Source of the DNA: Octopus vulgaris
Taxonomy: Eukaryota
Reading direction: 5' to 3'
DNA length: 64,000 bases
Assembly (NCBI GenBank): GCA_951406725.2
Contig: OX597818.1
Span: 5,208,001-5,272,000 of the forward strand
Position numbers and translations under genes: made by a program. Numbering within the stretch: the stretch's first letter is position 1; the number at the start of each line of letters is the position of its first letter. Positions 12,209 to 26,838 of the stretch are shown one piece after another. The notes below the pieces were generated by a model. It was given only the letters and a program-made list of their open reading frames with translations. It was not told the origin of the DNA and did no database searches.

Positions 12209-13867
12209 TGGAAAGGTAACAGTATAGACAGGTCTTGACAGAGATTCCCTGAATGCTCTTGCTAAAGATTGAACTCTGTGGAAGCAGCTAACCTGATGAT
12301 GGTAAGCTTTCCGCCGCAGGCTGAGGTAGCGGGAAATAATGCTTCTTGGATTTCAGATGTGCCTTTATTACATGTTGCCTTTTTATGGCAACAGAAGTAA
12401 AATCTACATGAAATATAAACATTCTTAGTTTGTGTTACGTACAGAACTTCCAGTTCTATAGACAAAATAATAATAATAATAAATTAAAAAATATAAAATA
12501 ACACAATATTTAAACAAAATATAAACATCTCATTCTGCTTAATATTCTGTGAATTTGAATCTCACAAGATAAATCTATCTCAAATTGTACATGCAATGTA
12601 CGTAATTTCGACGCTCTCAAATATGTATCACTACTTGGGTATACATGTTTCTGTTCTCTTGAAATGGATTGCTCCAATTTGTGGAAAATAGGCCTAAAGT
12701 TGCTAAGAAGTATCTAACTAAATAGATATATTTTCTTTACTTTGTATAAACATTCTTCATATAATAGGAATACCTAAATTTTAGGCAGTATTAGATTAGT
12801 CAATAAATCACTATTCAACCTTTTCATTATTTTTAATGTTAGACATAATTAAATACCAAAATAATACACCAAGTATTTATATAATGCAAAAAGAATGCTG
12901 TTAAAATGTTCGAAATTAATGAAATATTTATTAATTTAATCATTCACTGTTGCGCATTAAAAAAATTAAACCGATGTTAAATTTAATTAATACTTGTCCT
13001 GAAATGAAATCTTACTTTCAGGTTTGGTGAAATTCTGTAATGGATATTAAAGATTTCAAAATAAAATATATCTCTCAAAATATCGCCAAACAATAAATAT
13101 TTGTATTTCTAAATTAATTTTGAGAATGATATTGATTTTTCTGCAATGTTTCAAAGTTGATCGACCAAGTTGAATGAAACAGTGTGTTATGAAAAGTTAA
13201 TTTCTATAGTGTAAAATTTATGTGTTATGTATTTTGTGAGAATTTACATGCATTCAATATATTGTGGTACTAAACTACGTATCACTGAGTCTCATGAAGA
13301 TCTCTTCTCTGCAACAAAATTGAATATATAAAATTCTTTATGTATAACTATTTGAATGAAAAGTAAGTTGAGAGATGTAAATCCAAAGTTTAGCACTAAT
13401 TATGAAATAAAAATTTAGTTGTTCTGTCAGGCCCCAGCCCGGAGGTATTTTAAAAGGAAATATGTTTCATCTGAAGTTCCATGTGGCTGCAGTGTTGGAT
13501 AAAAAGATGCGAGGGAAAGTTAAGTGAGAGGAAGTAAAAATAGTTAGTAAAAAAGTGAGAGGAAGTAAAAAAAGTGAGTAAAAAAGTCAGCTTGGGATTC
13601 GCACGCAAATATTTTACTGTTCTCCATTGACAGCTTTTAAGTACATTTCTCATAACAACAACTATCTAGCAAGTTGAGGCAAATTTTGCTCTGCTGGCAA
13701 TGCTGTATATAAATCCGTAATCAAAAACTGTAGTAATATTTCACTTTGTAATAAAACTGATATCCTCTCAAACGAACAATTGTTTTAATAAGATCTGTTG
13801 CTTATTGCGACCTCAAATACCGGTTGATATTAGCAAAATATGTTAAGATGATTCTTTTTAATTTCAT

Positions 13868-14062
13868 GAACAAGTCCAGTATCTTTGAGAGGAGTGGTAA
13901 GTCGATTTTATTGTCTCCAATATTCAACTGGTAGTTATTTTGTCGAACCGGAAATAAAATATAAAGTTAACCTGGGAACTATAAGAACTCAAAACGTAAA
14001 ACTGGAAGAAATGTCGCCAAGCGTTTTGTCGAGCTTTCTAACGATTCTGCCAGCTTGCCGCC
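13868..14062 (-). mobile_element. Old CORE-type SINE (OR2-like)
   Basis: Minus strand begins GGGCGGCAAGCTGGCAGAATCGTTAG, homologous to the copies at 19642, 20227 and 23363. Confidence 0.7.
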
Positions 14063-15666
14063 CTAAAATATGTTAACAGGAGCATATAACATACATTTAG
14101 TCGGACCAGTGTCTATATGGTTAAATTTTACTATATAAAACTAAATATATTTAAAGAATCATGGTTTGATTTATCGTAGATTTTGTGTTCCTAATGTTGC
14201 AGGTCCAGCAATTTCTAACAAGCTATCTCCTGGAATCAAGATGCTAAACATCACATTGGCGTATATAGGAATTTACTTTTACGTTTATAGGAATTTACTT
14301 TTTCTCTGAGCTTTTAAATCATTTAAATTGAGAATTGTAAAATTCCGTCTTAACATTTATTTAGACGTCATTAATTTCTTCATTCAAGTGCTAATACCGC
14401 TATAGTAAAATGGTGCAACTTGAAATATAAATTTTGACGTTCAATTACATCAGCTTACTATCTCTTCATATACCAATGAATCTTAAATTGCAATTCACAT
14501 AACATGACATGAGCTGGATTATGGATTCTGAAGTAGCAAAAGTTTCATATTTTGTTCAAATTATTAAACACCTTTTTGTGTATTTTGAAACATTTACTCG
14601 CATATCATTTCCATTAGCATACAACTTATTTCCCATATATTTAAAAAAAAATATTAGCAGCAGTTTTCAGATTATTTTCTCCTCGCTGACATTAACTAGG
14701 AAACAATCATTATGTTTCTGTTTGTATTTGTTTTTTTTTATATCTAATTGAATATTATAGCTAGTTATCAAAGAAACTACTCATTTTGTTTAACATTTAG
14801 AAGTGAAGAGAACGGTGCAAGTTTGTTTCTATTGTAATATATTTATCTATATAACAGTGACATGCAACCAAGGTTGAGGCTACAGAACATTTATCGTATA
14901 AGTACATGATAGTGTATCATAAAGAAAGAAAGATGTTTATAATTTATTTATCGGCTGAATGCACTAGTATGTGACAAAATATTGAGTGAAAAAGATTGTG
15001 ATCACTACTGTACAGCAGCAACGACACTAACACCTACGCTCGCTCATAATCACATTCTCGTGCACAATAGCATACAACTTTATGCGTCTACAAGTGTATC
15101 TGTTATACTGTATCGCCTTCGAAGACACATCAGAGCCCCGAATATTTCCAGGAAAGTACAACGATACCATAATCAAGAAATACTTTTAAAATGCATAGAA
15201 AAATATGGGTAGATGTTATTGTCTGATCGAGATAAGTGAAGATACAAAAGAGTTTGTTGTTGCTCGATCCTAGAATGCTGTTAATCAATTTCATACGAGC
15301 ATTGATCAAGCAGAGCTGTTATCGGAGTATTGATTTGATAAACATCTAAACTTATATTCAAACAATTGACCAGATTATGTTATAAAATAATGTATCATAT
15401 TTCAACATGACAATATAAAGTATGAGAAGATTTTGACGCTATGATTGTCTATACAGTAACCACATCCAACGTTGATCAGTGAATGCAGTTTAAAATATAT
15501 GCGGTTTGATCGTATTCTATTCTTCAATTTGCAATTGGAAATAATTGTATTTTTCATGTATTTTAGTCATCACAATACAAATATTTCTAATCTGTTACTC
15601 GAAAATTCGTATTTTACTAAATAATAACAAAGGCAAATATGCTTAACAAACTTTGTGTCTAATATT

Positions 15667-15815
15667 TGTGTGTGTGTGTGTGTGTGTGTGTGTATCAGAT
15701 CATTAAGAATGAAATACATACATACATGCATACATACATACATACATACATACATACATACATACATACATACATACATACATACATACATACATACATA
15801 CATACATACATAAAC
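15667..15815. repeat. (TG)n and (TACA)n microsatellites
   Basis: Directly visible. Confidence 0.97.
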
Positions 15816-15849
15816 ACATATATCATGAACTCCGTAACCTCGGTGTGAA

Positions 15850-16200
15850 ATAGTATTTTCCCTAGGTTTTTTTCGAGTGCATTCAACGTTATCTCACCTC
15901 CAAAGATTTGGCTGCTATTTCTAGCACGCTCTGCTGCCACATAACAGCTATTTGCAATAAAGGATCCGACATATCTGTTATGTGGTAGCAAGAAATAGCA
16001 GCCAAACTTTTCCTTTTCCTGGGAAAGGAGCCGTTTACACGTAATTTCGAAATCACATTCGTTGAGAACATGCAAAATAACCCCCCAAAAAACCCCATGA
16101 AACAAAACTCCGTTGCTGGAAGAATGAGTTTCCCGGTGATCTAATGGGTCAGGGGTAGTCTAGTTTCATTATAAATTCGTCTCAGCTAAAAGCAAAAAGA
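15850..16200 (-). mobile_element. Highly degenerate Tc1/mariner-like relic
   Basis: Minus strand *PIRSPGNSFFQQRSFVSWGF resembles WPxRSPDLxPxDFFLWG. Confidence 0.35.
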
Positions 16201-19200
16201 AAACTAATGGTTAAAATATAGGTGTTGAAATATAGCGGACGGTGCTATGTATTAAGTAATTATGCTCATTCTATAACATTGAACCAAAATATTATAATAT
16301 CATACTGCCACATGACACTGAAATCAATATATCGCTATGATAAACTTTGCCTTCTCATAAATATATATTTTATTTCTTGTTAAGTGTACTGTAATTTATT
16401 AATTATCATGAAATGCCTTTATTTCAGCGACTCTCATTGCATTCATACAGATGTGTGATAATAACTGGCAGGAAGCCAAGTTTGTAATGTACCCAAAGGG
16501 TTAGTTAATTTGTTGTATGTTCAAAGTACATAATTATTAATCAATGCTTATAGTTTGGCATTCATGTTGGACAAACAACCAACGATGCATCATTAGAGTG
16601 CTTGTTTCCATAATAAACGGAATAATATTGATTTCAAGAAATATTCTATATAATAAACTGACAACATGGAAACTAGATATGCAAAATATTAGACCAAATA
16701 CAGCAATGCGATGTATATTTCTGGCTTGCATGATGTACATTTAGTATTGATTGCTGCTTATTAGGAATATTTTAGGCATCATGTCAGACAATACATCAAA
16801 AACTATTTTCTTTTTCTGCTTACATTTTAAAAATAAATTAATCATGGAAATTCTTTCTGTTTTTTCTATATTTACTGTCCGTTTGATATATTATAGTCAT
16901 AGAAGAGAATGCATTCATGCTAATACCAAATCCTCCAAGACTTAATTTTATTCGCATAATCACTTTTATAGCAATATCTTATTTAAAAAAAAAAGTTTTC
17001 TATTTTTAAAAATTCATACATATTTGATATTTACAGGTATATTTCAGATACTAATAGAATGAGCATATTGTATTTTGAAGATCAATTATGAAACCGGGTA
17101 CAAACTGTTGTTATACTTTACATGCCTTTAAAGTATCTGTAATCATATTAAGTATATGAGAAGTAGCCAACTTATCAAACATCCAAGATTGCTAGCAACA
17201 TTCTTGTAACGTTGTGATTTTCCCAGAATATAATTTAATTTCCATTCCAGCCAGCAGTTGTTGTTGTTGGTATGCTGGCAGTGGTTTTTGTATATTGTTT
17301 TGTACGTGTTTTGGAAGCGCGTTGTTTTCCTATTGAGGATGTCGCATTTGTTGATTTTATTTCTATATCTTGTTATTAAGTCGAGAATGATCATAAGGGT
17401 TTAATCGACGTTTTAATCTCTCGCATCACGAGGTGAATTTTGAAAGGAACAAATTTTTGTCACATCAAAAGAGATTTTTCACATATATTTCCCCCGAATT
17501 TCGTCAGCAAGAGGGAATTTTGAAAATGAAAGTATCAATCACAGTCAACACCTTCCACTGCAGAACACTACAGCTGTAGTTATCACCAGCAACAATGATA
17601 GCAGCAACAACAGCAGTAACAACAGCAATTTCAATAACAACAGCATGAGCAACAAGGTCATTCTCAACTAGTTTATTCTCAATTCAAAGAGTTTGGTTAT
17701 ACGGACCCATAAATTGGTAGGGTCTTTTAGTAGCAAGGACTTAGCTAACTTAGACAGGATTAGGTAACTTTTTAAGCAGATGCTGACAGGAGCAATCGTG
17801 AAAAACAAATGGGCTTCGGCCTGTAAAAGGACAATTAGATTGGAATCAGTATGATTTTAAAATGATCTAACGGGTGAGAAAATAAAACTAAAGAGAAACA
17901 GTTATGCTTTTGTTTATTTGCTTTTGTGCTAGTTCATTGCCAAATACATTTCAAATATTTTCACCCCTTCCCTTCGATTGGATTTACTGATCAACTTATA
18001 CTTATTGGAATATTTGCGATTAGCAAATCATTTTCGCTGTTATGATTGTTGCTATTACTTTTGGGGTTGTTTTCAGGTGATGCATTAAATTATCGGAATT
18101 GTACCTGAGCCGGGCGAATTTACTTGCGGTTTTCATTTTCACTGATTTGAGTTATTTTATAAATTGTGTTTAGAAATTTTGCTACATCATTCCATTAATT
18201 TTAAAATGTTTCCTCCTTAAACGAGCCATCAGTTTTTGTCAGTTGAGTTCTTTAGTTAGTTACGCTCTCCATTTCCATCTTATTCTTAGTATAATGGTGT
18301 CTGTAGGCTTCGAAGGAAAAGAATTATGTTTTCTCTTTGTACTTAATACGTAGATAAATTTCGACCAGAATTTAACCAGACCATGTCTAACTTAATAGCA
18401 TCACCTGGAAAAGATATTTAATGATGTTATATATTAGTTATTCTTTTGGCACCATAGTCCATTAGAATAAAGAGTTATTGTTTGCAGAGATATATCCGGG
18501 TGTTAGGGGTTTATCTAGAATTTGTTGGAGATAATTGTCCAGGACCCTTTTCAGTGTTGAAACTTTTGCTTCTCTTATGTGTCTTAAAGAGAGTAGGGCT
18601 TGTTGAGGTGAAATAGTTTTGTCTTAATGTGGTGATATGCTGCACGCAGGATTTTTTGTAGGGGGCAGATGGCACGGGGACCAAGCGTTGGGTAAATTTT
18701 GAAGTAGATGCCAACATTATTTGGCAGTGCTGAGTATCAACGCTCATGAAAAATATTCAGGTTTTTCATAATCCACATAGATTTACATACGAACTGTCAA
18801 TAAGACTTCGAAGTCTCTGGATCCCGTTTTGTCGAATCAAGACGTTAGAGATCTTCGTTGTTAATGAATATATAATCCATAGATCAGGAGAAAAAATAGA
18901 AAATATCTGTGGTGCAGTGAGATTACTGAACATTTTAATTTGGAATAATGCTGAGTAAATATCTTGCTAAGCTTAATATCGATATTAAAATAGAGAATAA
19001 TGTATACAGAGAAAATTGTGTATTATATTTAAAGAATGGGATCGCAGAGAAAAATAATCTCTAACTTTTTATATTGATTTGAAATGCATTTCCTTAGGGT
19101 AGAAAACAGGTAAATATTTTTAATGTAATTACCACTCAGCATTCAAAAATATGATGATGGAAAAATTACCAAACTTTTCTATTCTGTTTCTAATTAAATT

Positions 19201-19641
19201 TAAACATTAAAATTAATATATTTGCATATATGTAAATTATTGTAAGGTTTAAAATGCTGTCCCACAGAAAAAAACTTCCCAGTTTAATTAAATGAAGTGC
19301 ACATTTATGCATTTTTAGGTGTGATTTAACTGTAGAAATTTTTTCATCAAACATTTTATGAACATTAACTATTGATTTATTTATGCAGTAATGTTCCTGG
19401 CTCCTTTCTAATTTCTGTTATATTTACAATAGCAATAGTTATGCTAGATCGGATCTATTGTGTGATGATTTCTTCTAAAATGATTTCATATCCAATCGCT
19501 ATATAGTTTACTAAACAATTTGGAAAATCAACAATACCATATCACATAAAATAACACACACACGCACGCACACGCACACAATAATGGAGGATTAGACTAT
19601 AGGTGTTCACTTGTTTTTAATTCCAAAATTATCCCGCTTTA

Positions 19642-19850
19642 AGGTGTCGAGCTGGCAGAATCGTTACTGCGCGGGTAAAATGCGTATTGGCACTTGTTTC
19701 AACTTCACGTTTTATGTTCAAATGCGGCCTAGGTTCACTTTGCCTTTCATCCTTCCTGGGTCGATAAAAATAAGTACCAGTTGAACAATGACGTCGATGT
19801 AGTAGAGTTGTCTGTCCCCGAAATTGCTGGTTTACGCCAAAATATGAAAT
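19642..19850 (+). mobile_element. CORE-type SINE (OR2-like)
   Basis: GAGCTGGCAGAATCGTTA head; CORE-like CTTTGCCTTTCATCCTTCCTGGGTCGATAAAA. Confidence 0.8.
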
Positions 19851-20226
19851 TAATGTTATCCTACGCTTGATAATTAATAGTATTAAAAATAATTGAACTT
19901 AAGATAAATTTGTAATGTATTCAACACATATTATACTTTCCTTTTTTTGCCTCACCCGCTCTTTTATTTCCCATAATATCGGCAAGATCTGAGAATGATA
20001 CAAATTTGTTTTGCTTTTGATCTCTCAAATAGATTTTGATTTATTTTAACAGTCTAAGTTCATTTCCTTTAAATCAAAATATATTCGTAGACTAAAATGT
20101 TTCCAGGTTAGAGACACTAACCGCATCTTTTTTTTTAAAAAGAAACTCCTCTGCATGTTATATACAATGATATATAGGAGGTTATAAATTTATTCTTATC
20201 CACACTGTGCCGTATTGTAAAATTTA

Positions 20227-20438
20227 GGGCGGCGAACTGGTAGAGTTGTTAGCACGCCTGGTGAAATGTTTAGCGACATTTCATCCGTCTTTACATTCTG
20301 AATTCCAATACCGTTGTCGTCTTTGCCTTTCATCCTCTCGGGGTTGATAAAATAAGTACTAGTTGAGTACTGGGGTCAATGTAATCGTCTTACTCCCTCC
20401 GCCGAAATTGCTGGCCTTGTGCCAAAATTTGAAATCAA
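20227..20438 (+). mobile_element. CORE-type SINE (OR2-like)
   Basis: GGCGGCGAACTGGTAGAGTTGTTAGCACGCC head; CTTTGCCTTTCATCCTCTCGGGGTTGATAAAA core. Confidence 0.8.
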
Positions 20439-21489
20439 AGTTATATGATAATTAACTTTTATTGTTTTTTTTTATTAATATGTTGATAATTCCAAGCTGA
20501 TTTGCATTGTAATCCATTTTGGCATATCCACGTAAAGATGTATCAGGAGCTCACTAAATATTTTTCAGACACCGAGTGTAAGAAGAAAGAATTTGTGCAT
20601 AAATTAGTATAATATATAGATGTAAGCAGGTAAGATATTCTGCATTTAGTTTAATTGATAAAAGTTTAGATTGACATGCAGTTAAACGTTTATATGCTAT
20701 TTTGTCAATTCCAGTTTATGTGCATTGAAATGCAAAATTTGGTGATTTGCTGTATTGTTTAATTTTTCTTTATAAGCGGATCCCATTGAATTTGAAGTGC
20801 ATCAGGCCCCCGATGATTTACATCTGGCACTGATAATTAGATTCTTACCCTCTAATTATTTCTGGAAATATTACTGCTTGATTAGTGATTCTTCAAATCA
20901 GTATTCACGTATTCCCGTAACAATAATATAACTAACATGATGTATGTTTCTATTCTGCTATTGACCTAAGAATGCAGAATAAACACTGCTGGAATACCCC
21001 TTAACGTAAATCAACATGATATTTTCTATTTGTCTTTGTTATTTTTAAGTAAACGCATGATTTCTGCATGTAGGAGGTCGTTTTGACGTGTTACTCCTAA
21101 TAATATTTCTCATGCATGTAATGTCATATACACACCATATATAATGAAAAGACAGGTTACATTATATGTTTGCATTTGATTCTTAGTGAATGGAATATGA
21201 TATTACTTTGTTGTGTGTAGTGAATTAAGAAGGCTCAAAAATCCCCGAGTAAAGTGGAATTTACCGTTTAGTCAGAAGTGAAACTGAAAAATAATACCAT
21301 TTGCTAAATATTATCAATAAATTAAGAGTCAATTGCACACAAATTTAAATGTTCATGTTAGGATGGAAATTCGATATTTTGAACACTTTGTGCGTTGAAT
21401 TAGACAAGCTGAATTAGATAAGACTTGAAGGGGTACATGAGTGGACTGGAAGAAGGAGAATCAGTGCCATCTAAGCAGCATTATGACCC

Positions 21490-21809
21490 CCCCCCTGGGT
21501 ATATTAATGCTGTGGGCCCCCGCAGCATGTATTTATTAACAGCAAGCCACAGCATACTTAGATCAGACCTATTGACAACTGGGTAAAAGGCATATAGAAT
21601 CATATGGCAGAGAAGTAGAGTTGGAGGTTGCTAATTACGGGAAAAGTATTCGCGACTGAAAATGGGGCGGATGCGGTAGACAAGAGTAGACATGCGGTCA
21701 AGCGGAGAAAGTGGGTGACTGTAGTTTAGATATTTATGTCGAATGAAAAGGTGGACCATGTATTGTGGGACAGTGTCACAAGTCGTGATGGTAGTGGCAT
21801 AGACAATGA

Positions 21810-21841
<32 letters not shown>

Positions 21842-23000
21842 TAACTACGTGTACTAAATGTCCCGTCCCATTAAGTGTTAGTGGTGAGGAGCATAATAAA
21901 ATAAAAGGGGTGGTGTTGCGGAGAATGTGGGCCAAGTGTTTGAAGCAGAGGGAGATGTTTACAACATTGATGTATTTTTCCGAAATATCCAATGAAGGAT
22001 GAAAGGGGGTTTGGAGTTAAATGAAAAGGTTGAAATGTTCTCCGTAGAATGTGATATCATGTTCATAGTCGCAGAGCACTAGCTTCGTTGGTGTCCTTTC
22101 TAGTTCCTGTACCAAATACATATATGTTGAGGGAACTTGCCCACGAAAGAGAAGGCCTTCATCATAAGCACTAATTAAGTTATGTGGTGAGGCGTGAAGT
22201 ACTAGTTTGAAGAATACTTCGATGGTTAAAGAAGTATTAGGGATCTACGAGACCGACGTTATGAAGGATGGCAGTATAGAATGATTTATGACGAAAAGGT
22301 GACAGAAAGAGCGAGACAGAACGAAAAGTATTGAAGATTTGAAAGTTTTAATTGGGGTAGTGTATTGCGATCGGGAGGGTAACAACGAAGAGTGAAATAA
22401 TAGAATTAAAATTAATGGATATCAGTTTTGAAAGGTAGTTATATGCAGAAATGAGCAAGGTGAGGAGTGTTTGGACAATGAGTTTGATATCGACACGGGA
22501 GAAGAGATGAGGAAATGAAGTTATGAATGTTGGGGAACGCATGCTCATGATAATGGCGACAACAAGGAGTATAGAGCATGAGATAATACAAAACACGTTT
22601 AGGAAGTTGTTGGAACGCCTTCATTTTGCTGAGGTTTGTGCCTCGCACAACAGCGGTTCCTCCTCTTTCAACCAGTTTTATGGCGTTGTCCATCAGTGAC
22701 TGTTGTTGTTGGGGACTCAATGGCATATTGACAACAGCGTATGGCAGTGGGCGAGGGTGGAAATGTGTTAGGTGAGTGGAGAGCAGAGAGTTATTAACGG
22801 TGTGAAAAAGTGAAGATGTGGGAAGTGTGTGAAGAGAATAAATGCGATACTGCTAAGGAAAAGGCGTGTAAATACAGATGGAATGAAAAGGTAGAGAAAT
22901 TGAGAGGGATAATTGGAAGAGATACGAGCCAATGCTTCTGGATGCTATTCAGCCCATCTGAGCTGTACCCTCGACAGCAGTCATGGCGGTAGCTGTCAGT
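21490..23000 (-). mobile_element. Very degenerate Penelope-like element relic (N-terminal region)
   Basis: C/T-rich minus strand with remnants such as LFVVTLP and LDISEKYINVVN, resembling PLE N-termini. No clean catalytic motif. Confidence 0.4.
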
Positions 23001-23089
23001 TTCCAACGCCATTACGCAATATCTAGCTTGGTGACGTCAAGCTTCTCTCGCTTTTTGCTGGTTGGGGGTCTTTATTCCACATCAGCTAG

Positions 23090-23325
23090 CCCTGATTTCA
23101 TAAGGATCTCATAGCATTCAAACAGACCTTGGAAGAGTATCTCCTACATATTCCAGATCAACTAGCTACTTCAACCCGCATATATTACTGGAAACAACAC
23201 TTTCTTCGAATGGGCAATGGTGCCCAAAAATGACTGCAATATGCAACTCATTAAATGCCTCTCCAGGTGGTGTAATTAAGTTAGACTGGGTCTGATCCAA
23301 TTTTGGCCGAAGCTAATCTAAGTAT
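23090..23325 (+). mobile_element. CR1-group LINE 3' end fragment
   Basis: DLIAFKQTLEEYLLHIPDQ parallels the C-terminus ADVFKMKLDLFLSGIPDE of the LINE at 31052-34682. Confidence 0.6.
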
Positions 23326-23362
23326 TTATATGTAATTAAAAGAAAGGCTATAACATAAAATA

Positions 23363-23570
23363 TTCTTTTCTACTCTAGGCACAAGGCCCGAAGTTTTGGC
23401 GGGAATGGGCCAGTCGATGAGATCGACCGCAGTACGCAAATGGTACTTAATTTTCAATGGATGAAAGGGAAAGTTGACTGCTGCGGAATTTAAACTCAGA
23501 ACATAAAGACAGACGAAGTATCGCTAAGCATTTCGCTCGGCGTGCTAAAGTTTCTGCCAGCTTACTGCCT
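23363..23570 (-). mobile_element. CORE-type SINE (OR2-like)
   Basis: Reverse-complement homology to the 19642 and 20227 copies. Confidence 0.8.
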
Positions 23571-24006
23571 TTATAACATAAAATATATTATCTAAGTTAA
23601 TGCATCGTTCGTATCTTACAAAATTTCTAATATTCCTCCGAAATTCTTCGTAGCGCTTGATACATATATCCCACCTTCCAGTTGATACGGCGAATTATTT
23701 AATTGCCATAAAGTACAATTTTCGTATTCAACTACCAGAACTTTAACCGAAATTATCGTCCCATATAAGAAACAAAATAAGTAAACCCTGGTAGGAATGA
23801 TTAGGTAGATTGTGCTTCATTCTGAAATTATTTATACTCGTAGTGTTTTAATGTAGATCATCTTAGTAACCGCAAGAGTTTTCATCATATATGGAATATG
23901 TACATGCGTGTATATCTGTCAATCTATCTATATCAACAATATTAATAATAAGGATTATACGAAGTTGCTTACCTTTAATTCTGTTAATATATATACAGCG
24001 TTAAAT

Positions 24007-24090
24007 AGAGCTACACGTTTCAACTGCACGGATTAGTAACCGTTGCAATCGCAACCCTACTATAATACCAGAGCACTTTCTTCAGGGTCT
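24007..24090 (-). ncRNA. Degenerate type-I hammerhead ribozyme motif with long stem II
   Basis: Minus: AGACC-CTGAAGA-[AAGTGC...GTTGC GATT GCAAC...GCAGTT]-GAAA-CGTG-TA-GCTCT; mismatches in stems I and II. Confidence 0.5.
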
Positions 24091-25239
24091 TTGCTTAATA
24101 TCCTTCGATTTAACTGTTTAAAGATTTTCATTTATCTACTCTGCGTTGTATGATGTAGAGTTGTTCGTTAAGTTAGACGCAAACAAACTCCATTTAAAGT
24201 TTTAATTGGATAATCACTTATGATCCGTTATTTCAAACTATTCTGTTGTTTAAATGCTTATTATTCATTAATACTTGGCAAATGTGAATTTCCTTATGTG
24301 TAAGCATCTCAAAATTTGTTCTTGTGTAGAATTTATCACATTACCCTCGAATGTAAAAATTTGGTAAAACGTAAACACGTGGACTACAATACCTCTATAC
24401 CAGAGCTATGAAACTGAGTAAATATTTAATCACATATACATTCACATCTCTACTAATCCTCCTTACAAATGTACATTGCCGTTTCTCAGTTTCTCGTTTA
24501 TACATCACCAAGTAGAATGATTATACAACCCCTGCACAAACGCGTACAAAACAAATACATGGTTTTTAATGACTCTAACAAAAGGGGCAACATTCTTTAT
24601 TCATTCTAAACAGTTGAAAGGAGCAGTTATACTCAGTGCTCAGAGATAAAGCTATAAATAAAGAATAAAGAGAAGGAAACAGCAGTGACTTTGACTTTGT
24701 GAGCCACGGGCAGCCGCGATATGACAGATGTTTCAACACGTGTCCGAAAGCAGTTGTCAAGGTGTTAAAGCTGTAAAGACGGACCCATCTCTTAATGTCA
24801 CTGGACAAACGAAAAATGAAATAAGGTGATATACACATACTACACTGTAACGTTATACTCAAAGCACACAGGAATAAACACATACACTAAATGCCCAATA
24901 CGATGAACAACTCCCACATGTAGCATACAGGCTTGATATCCAACAGAAGCATACAACTCGCATTACACACATAACACACAGCACAAAATCTAATACAACA
25001 GAAGATTCAAACCAAATCCATAACAAATCATACTGATGTAATACAATGCACTCCAAAAGACAAAAAAAACTTACAATGTTGCATACACCTCAGCGACACG
25101 AAAGTGTAGTAAGTGATGCAGTAGAAAGTTACTTGAAACTATCAGATGTCGAGTATTAATAGCGCCGATGATGAAAGTGGCGAGCATTACCGTACCTCAG
25201 TTTATGAGAGACATGAGTTTACACAGAAACCCTGTTGGT

Positions 25240-26695
25240 AACAAAAAAAAATGGGGCTGGACCTTTAAGTGAAGGCCTCTCGCTTGGCAGTGATTAAGTA
25301 CAGATGCAACTGAACACAGCTGTTATCCTAAGACAGCATCAGCAGATAATAGGGAAAGGAGAAAGAAGTGGACTAGTGAAGACAATAAGATAGTGATGCA
25401 GTGCTATTTAGAAAATGAACCTATAAGGAGGGACTACAGAAAACAGATGTTGACACTTTAGGTAGAGAAGAGTATGCTTGAAGTAAGTGAGCTGAGACTA
25501 GCAAATCAGGCTAATGGTCTTAGGAACAGAAAGTAAATGATAGAATTTGAGGTAGAAGAGATCAAATGTGAACTGGAAAAAAAGACGAAATAGAAGTAAA
25601 GCCAAACAACAACATAAGATATACAATTAAAACCAGAGAACCTAAAGGAAAAAATAATGATAGCACTTCGGACTAGGAAGGCACAATTTGCACCAGCGAC
25701 TCAAGTGACTTAAGTGAGGAAGACCAGAATATTTTATATGAGTTGAATGAAGCAATGAGTAAAGAAAGAAAAAGACTACCAGTATTACCAGGTGTCAAAA
25801 GAAGGAAGTTGTTAGATATGACAAAGAAGTAGATTCTGTTATCAGCAGGGCAGATACTAAAATTATAGTTGACACTAATTTATTGTCTATGCAGAGAGGG
25901 GAGTAGTCACTAGAAGGTGGTCGTAGGAAGTAATAATTACTCATGCAAAAAGAAAGGCTGAAAAGGGAGGCAAATGTTTGCTTCTTGCAGCTCATGATCA
26001 TGTGTTGAGGACTAATTGGATAAAAGTCAAGATAGAAAAACTCAGGTAGATTCCCACTGTAGGTTATGTAAATCAAAGTGTTACTCATACAGTAAGCGAA
26101 TGTAGCATGCTGGCACAGAAGAAATACAGGAAAAGAAATGACAACTTAGAGAGGATAATCTAATAGGAGATATATAAAAATCTAGGACTTGAACATACTG
26201 ATGAATGATATGAACATGAACATGGAAAAGTGCTAGAAATTAAGTCTTATAAGATGTGGGATATTAAGACTTAGACTGACACAGTAATAGAAGCTTGAAG
26301 GCCTGATTTAGTAATTGCAGACAGAGAGAATAGAAAGTGTCATGTAATTGATTTTACAGCCCCAAGTGAGGAGAAAGTCAATAGGAGATGTATAGAGAAA
26401 ATAGCAAAGTAGAAGTATGTAGCCATTGAGTTACAGCGGTTATGGAAAGTGCATGTAAAATGAATGCATCCCTGCAGTTATAATTGAATTCGGCACTATC
26501 CCTTAAGATATGAATGTATGAGGGGAGAGAGAAAGAGAGAGAGAGCGGGGGGGGGGGATATACATAAAACCTAGTTTAGTGCAACTCTTGAGAACAGTGA
26601 GAGCTATGATAGTTAGGAAGGTTTTTGACATCTAAGGTTACTTGTAGCCTGATATTAGGAATTTTGCTTTTCCAACAGTTAAATTTGTTGTGCTT
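25240..26695 (+). mobile_element. R4/Dong-type (RLE) non-LTR relic, internally deleted
   Basis: N-term RRKWTSEDNKIVMQCYLENEP..DYRKQML. C-term restriction-like endonuclease RPDLVIADRENRKCHVIDFTAP..EKIAK. Followed by (TAG)n(TAA)n. Confidence 0.75.
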
Positions 26696-26699
26696 ATAT

Positions 26700-26786
26700 G
26701 TAGTAATAGTAGTAGTAGTAGTGGTGGTAGTAGTAGTAGTTGTAGTAGTAATAAGAGTAATAGTAGTAGTAGTAGTAGTAGTAGTA

Positions 26787-26836
<50 letters not shown>
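26700..26836. repeat. (TAG)n(TAA)n trinucleotide tract
   Basis: Directly visible; lies between two R4/Dong-type segments. Confidence 0.95.
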
Positions 26837-26838
<2 letters not shown>

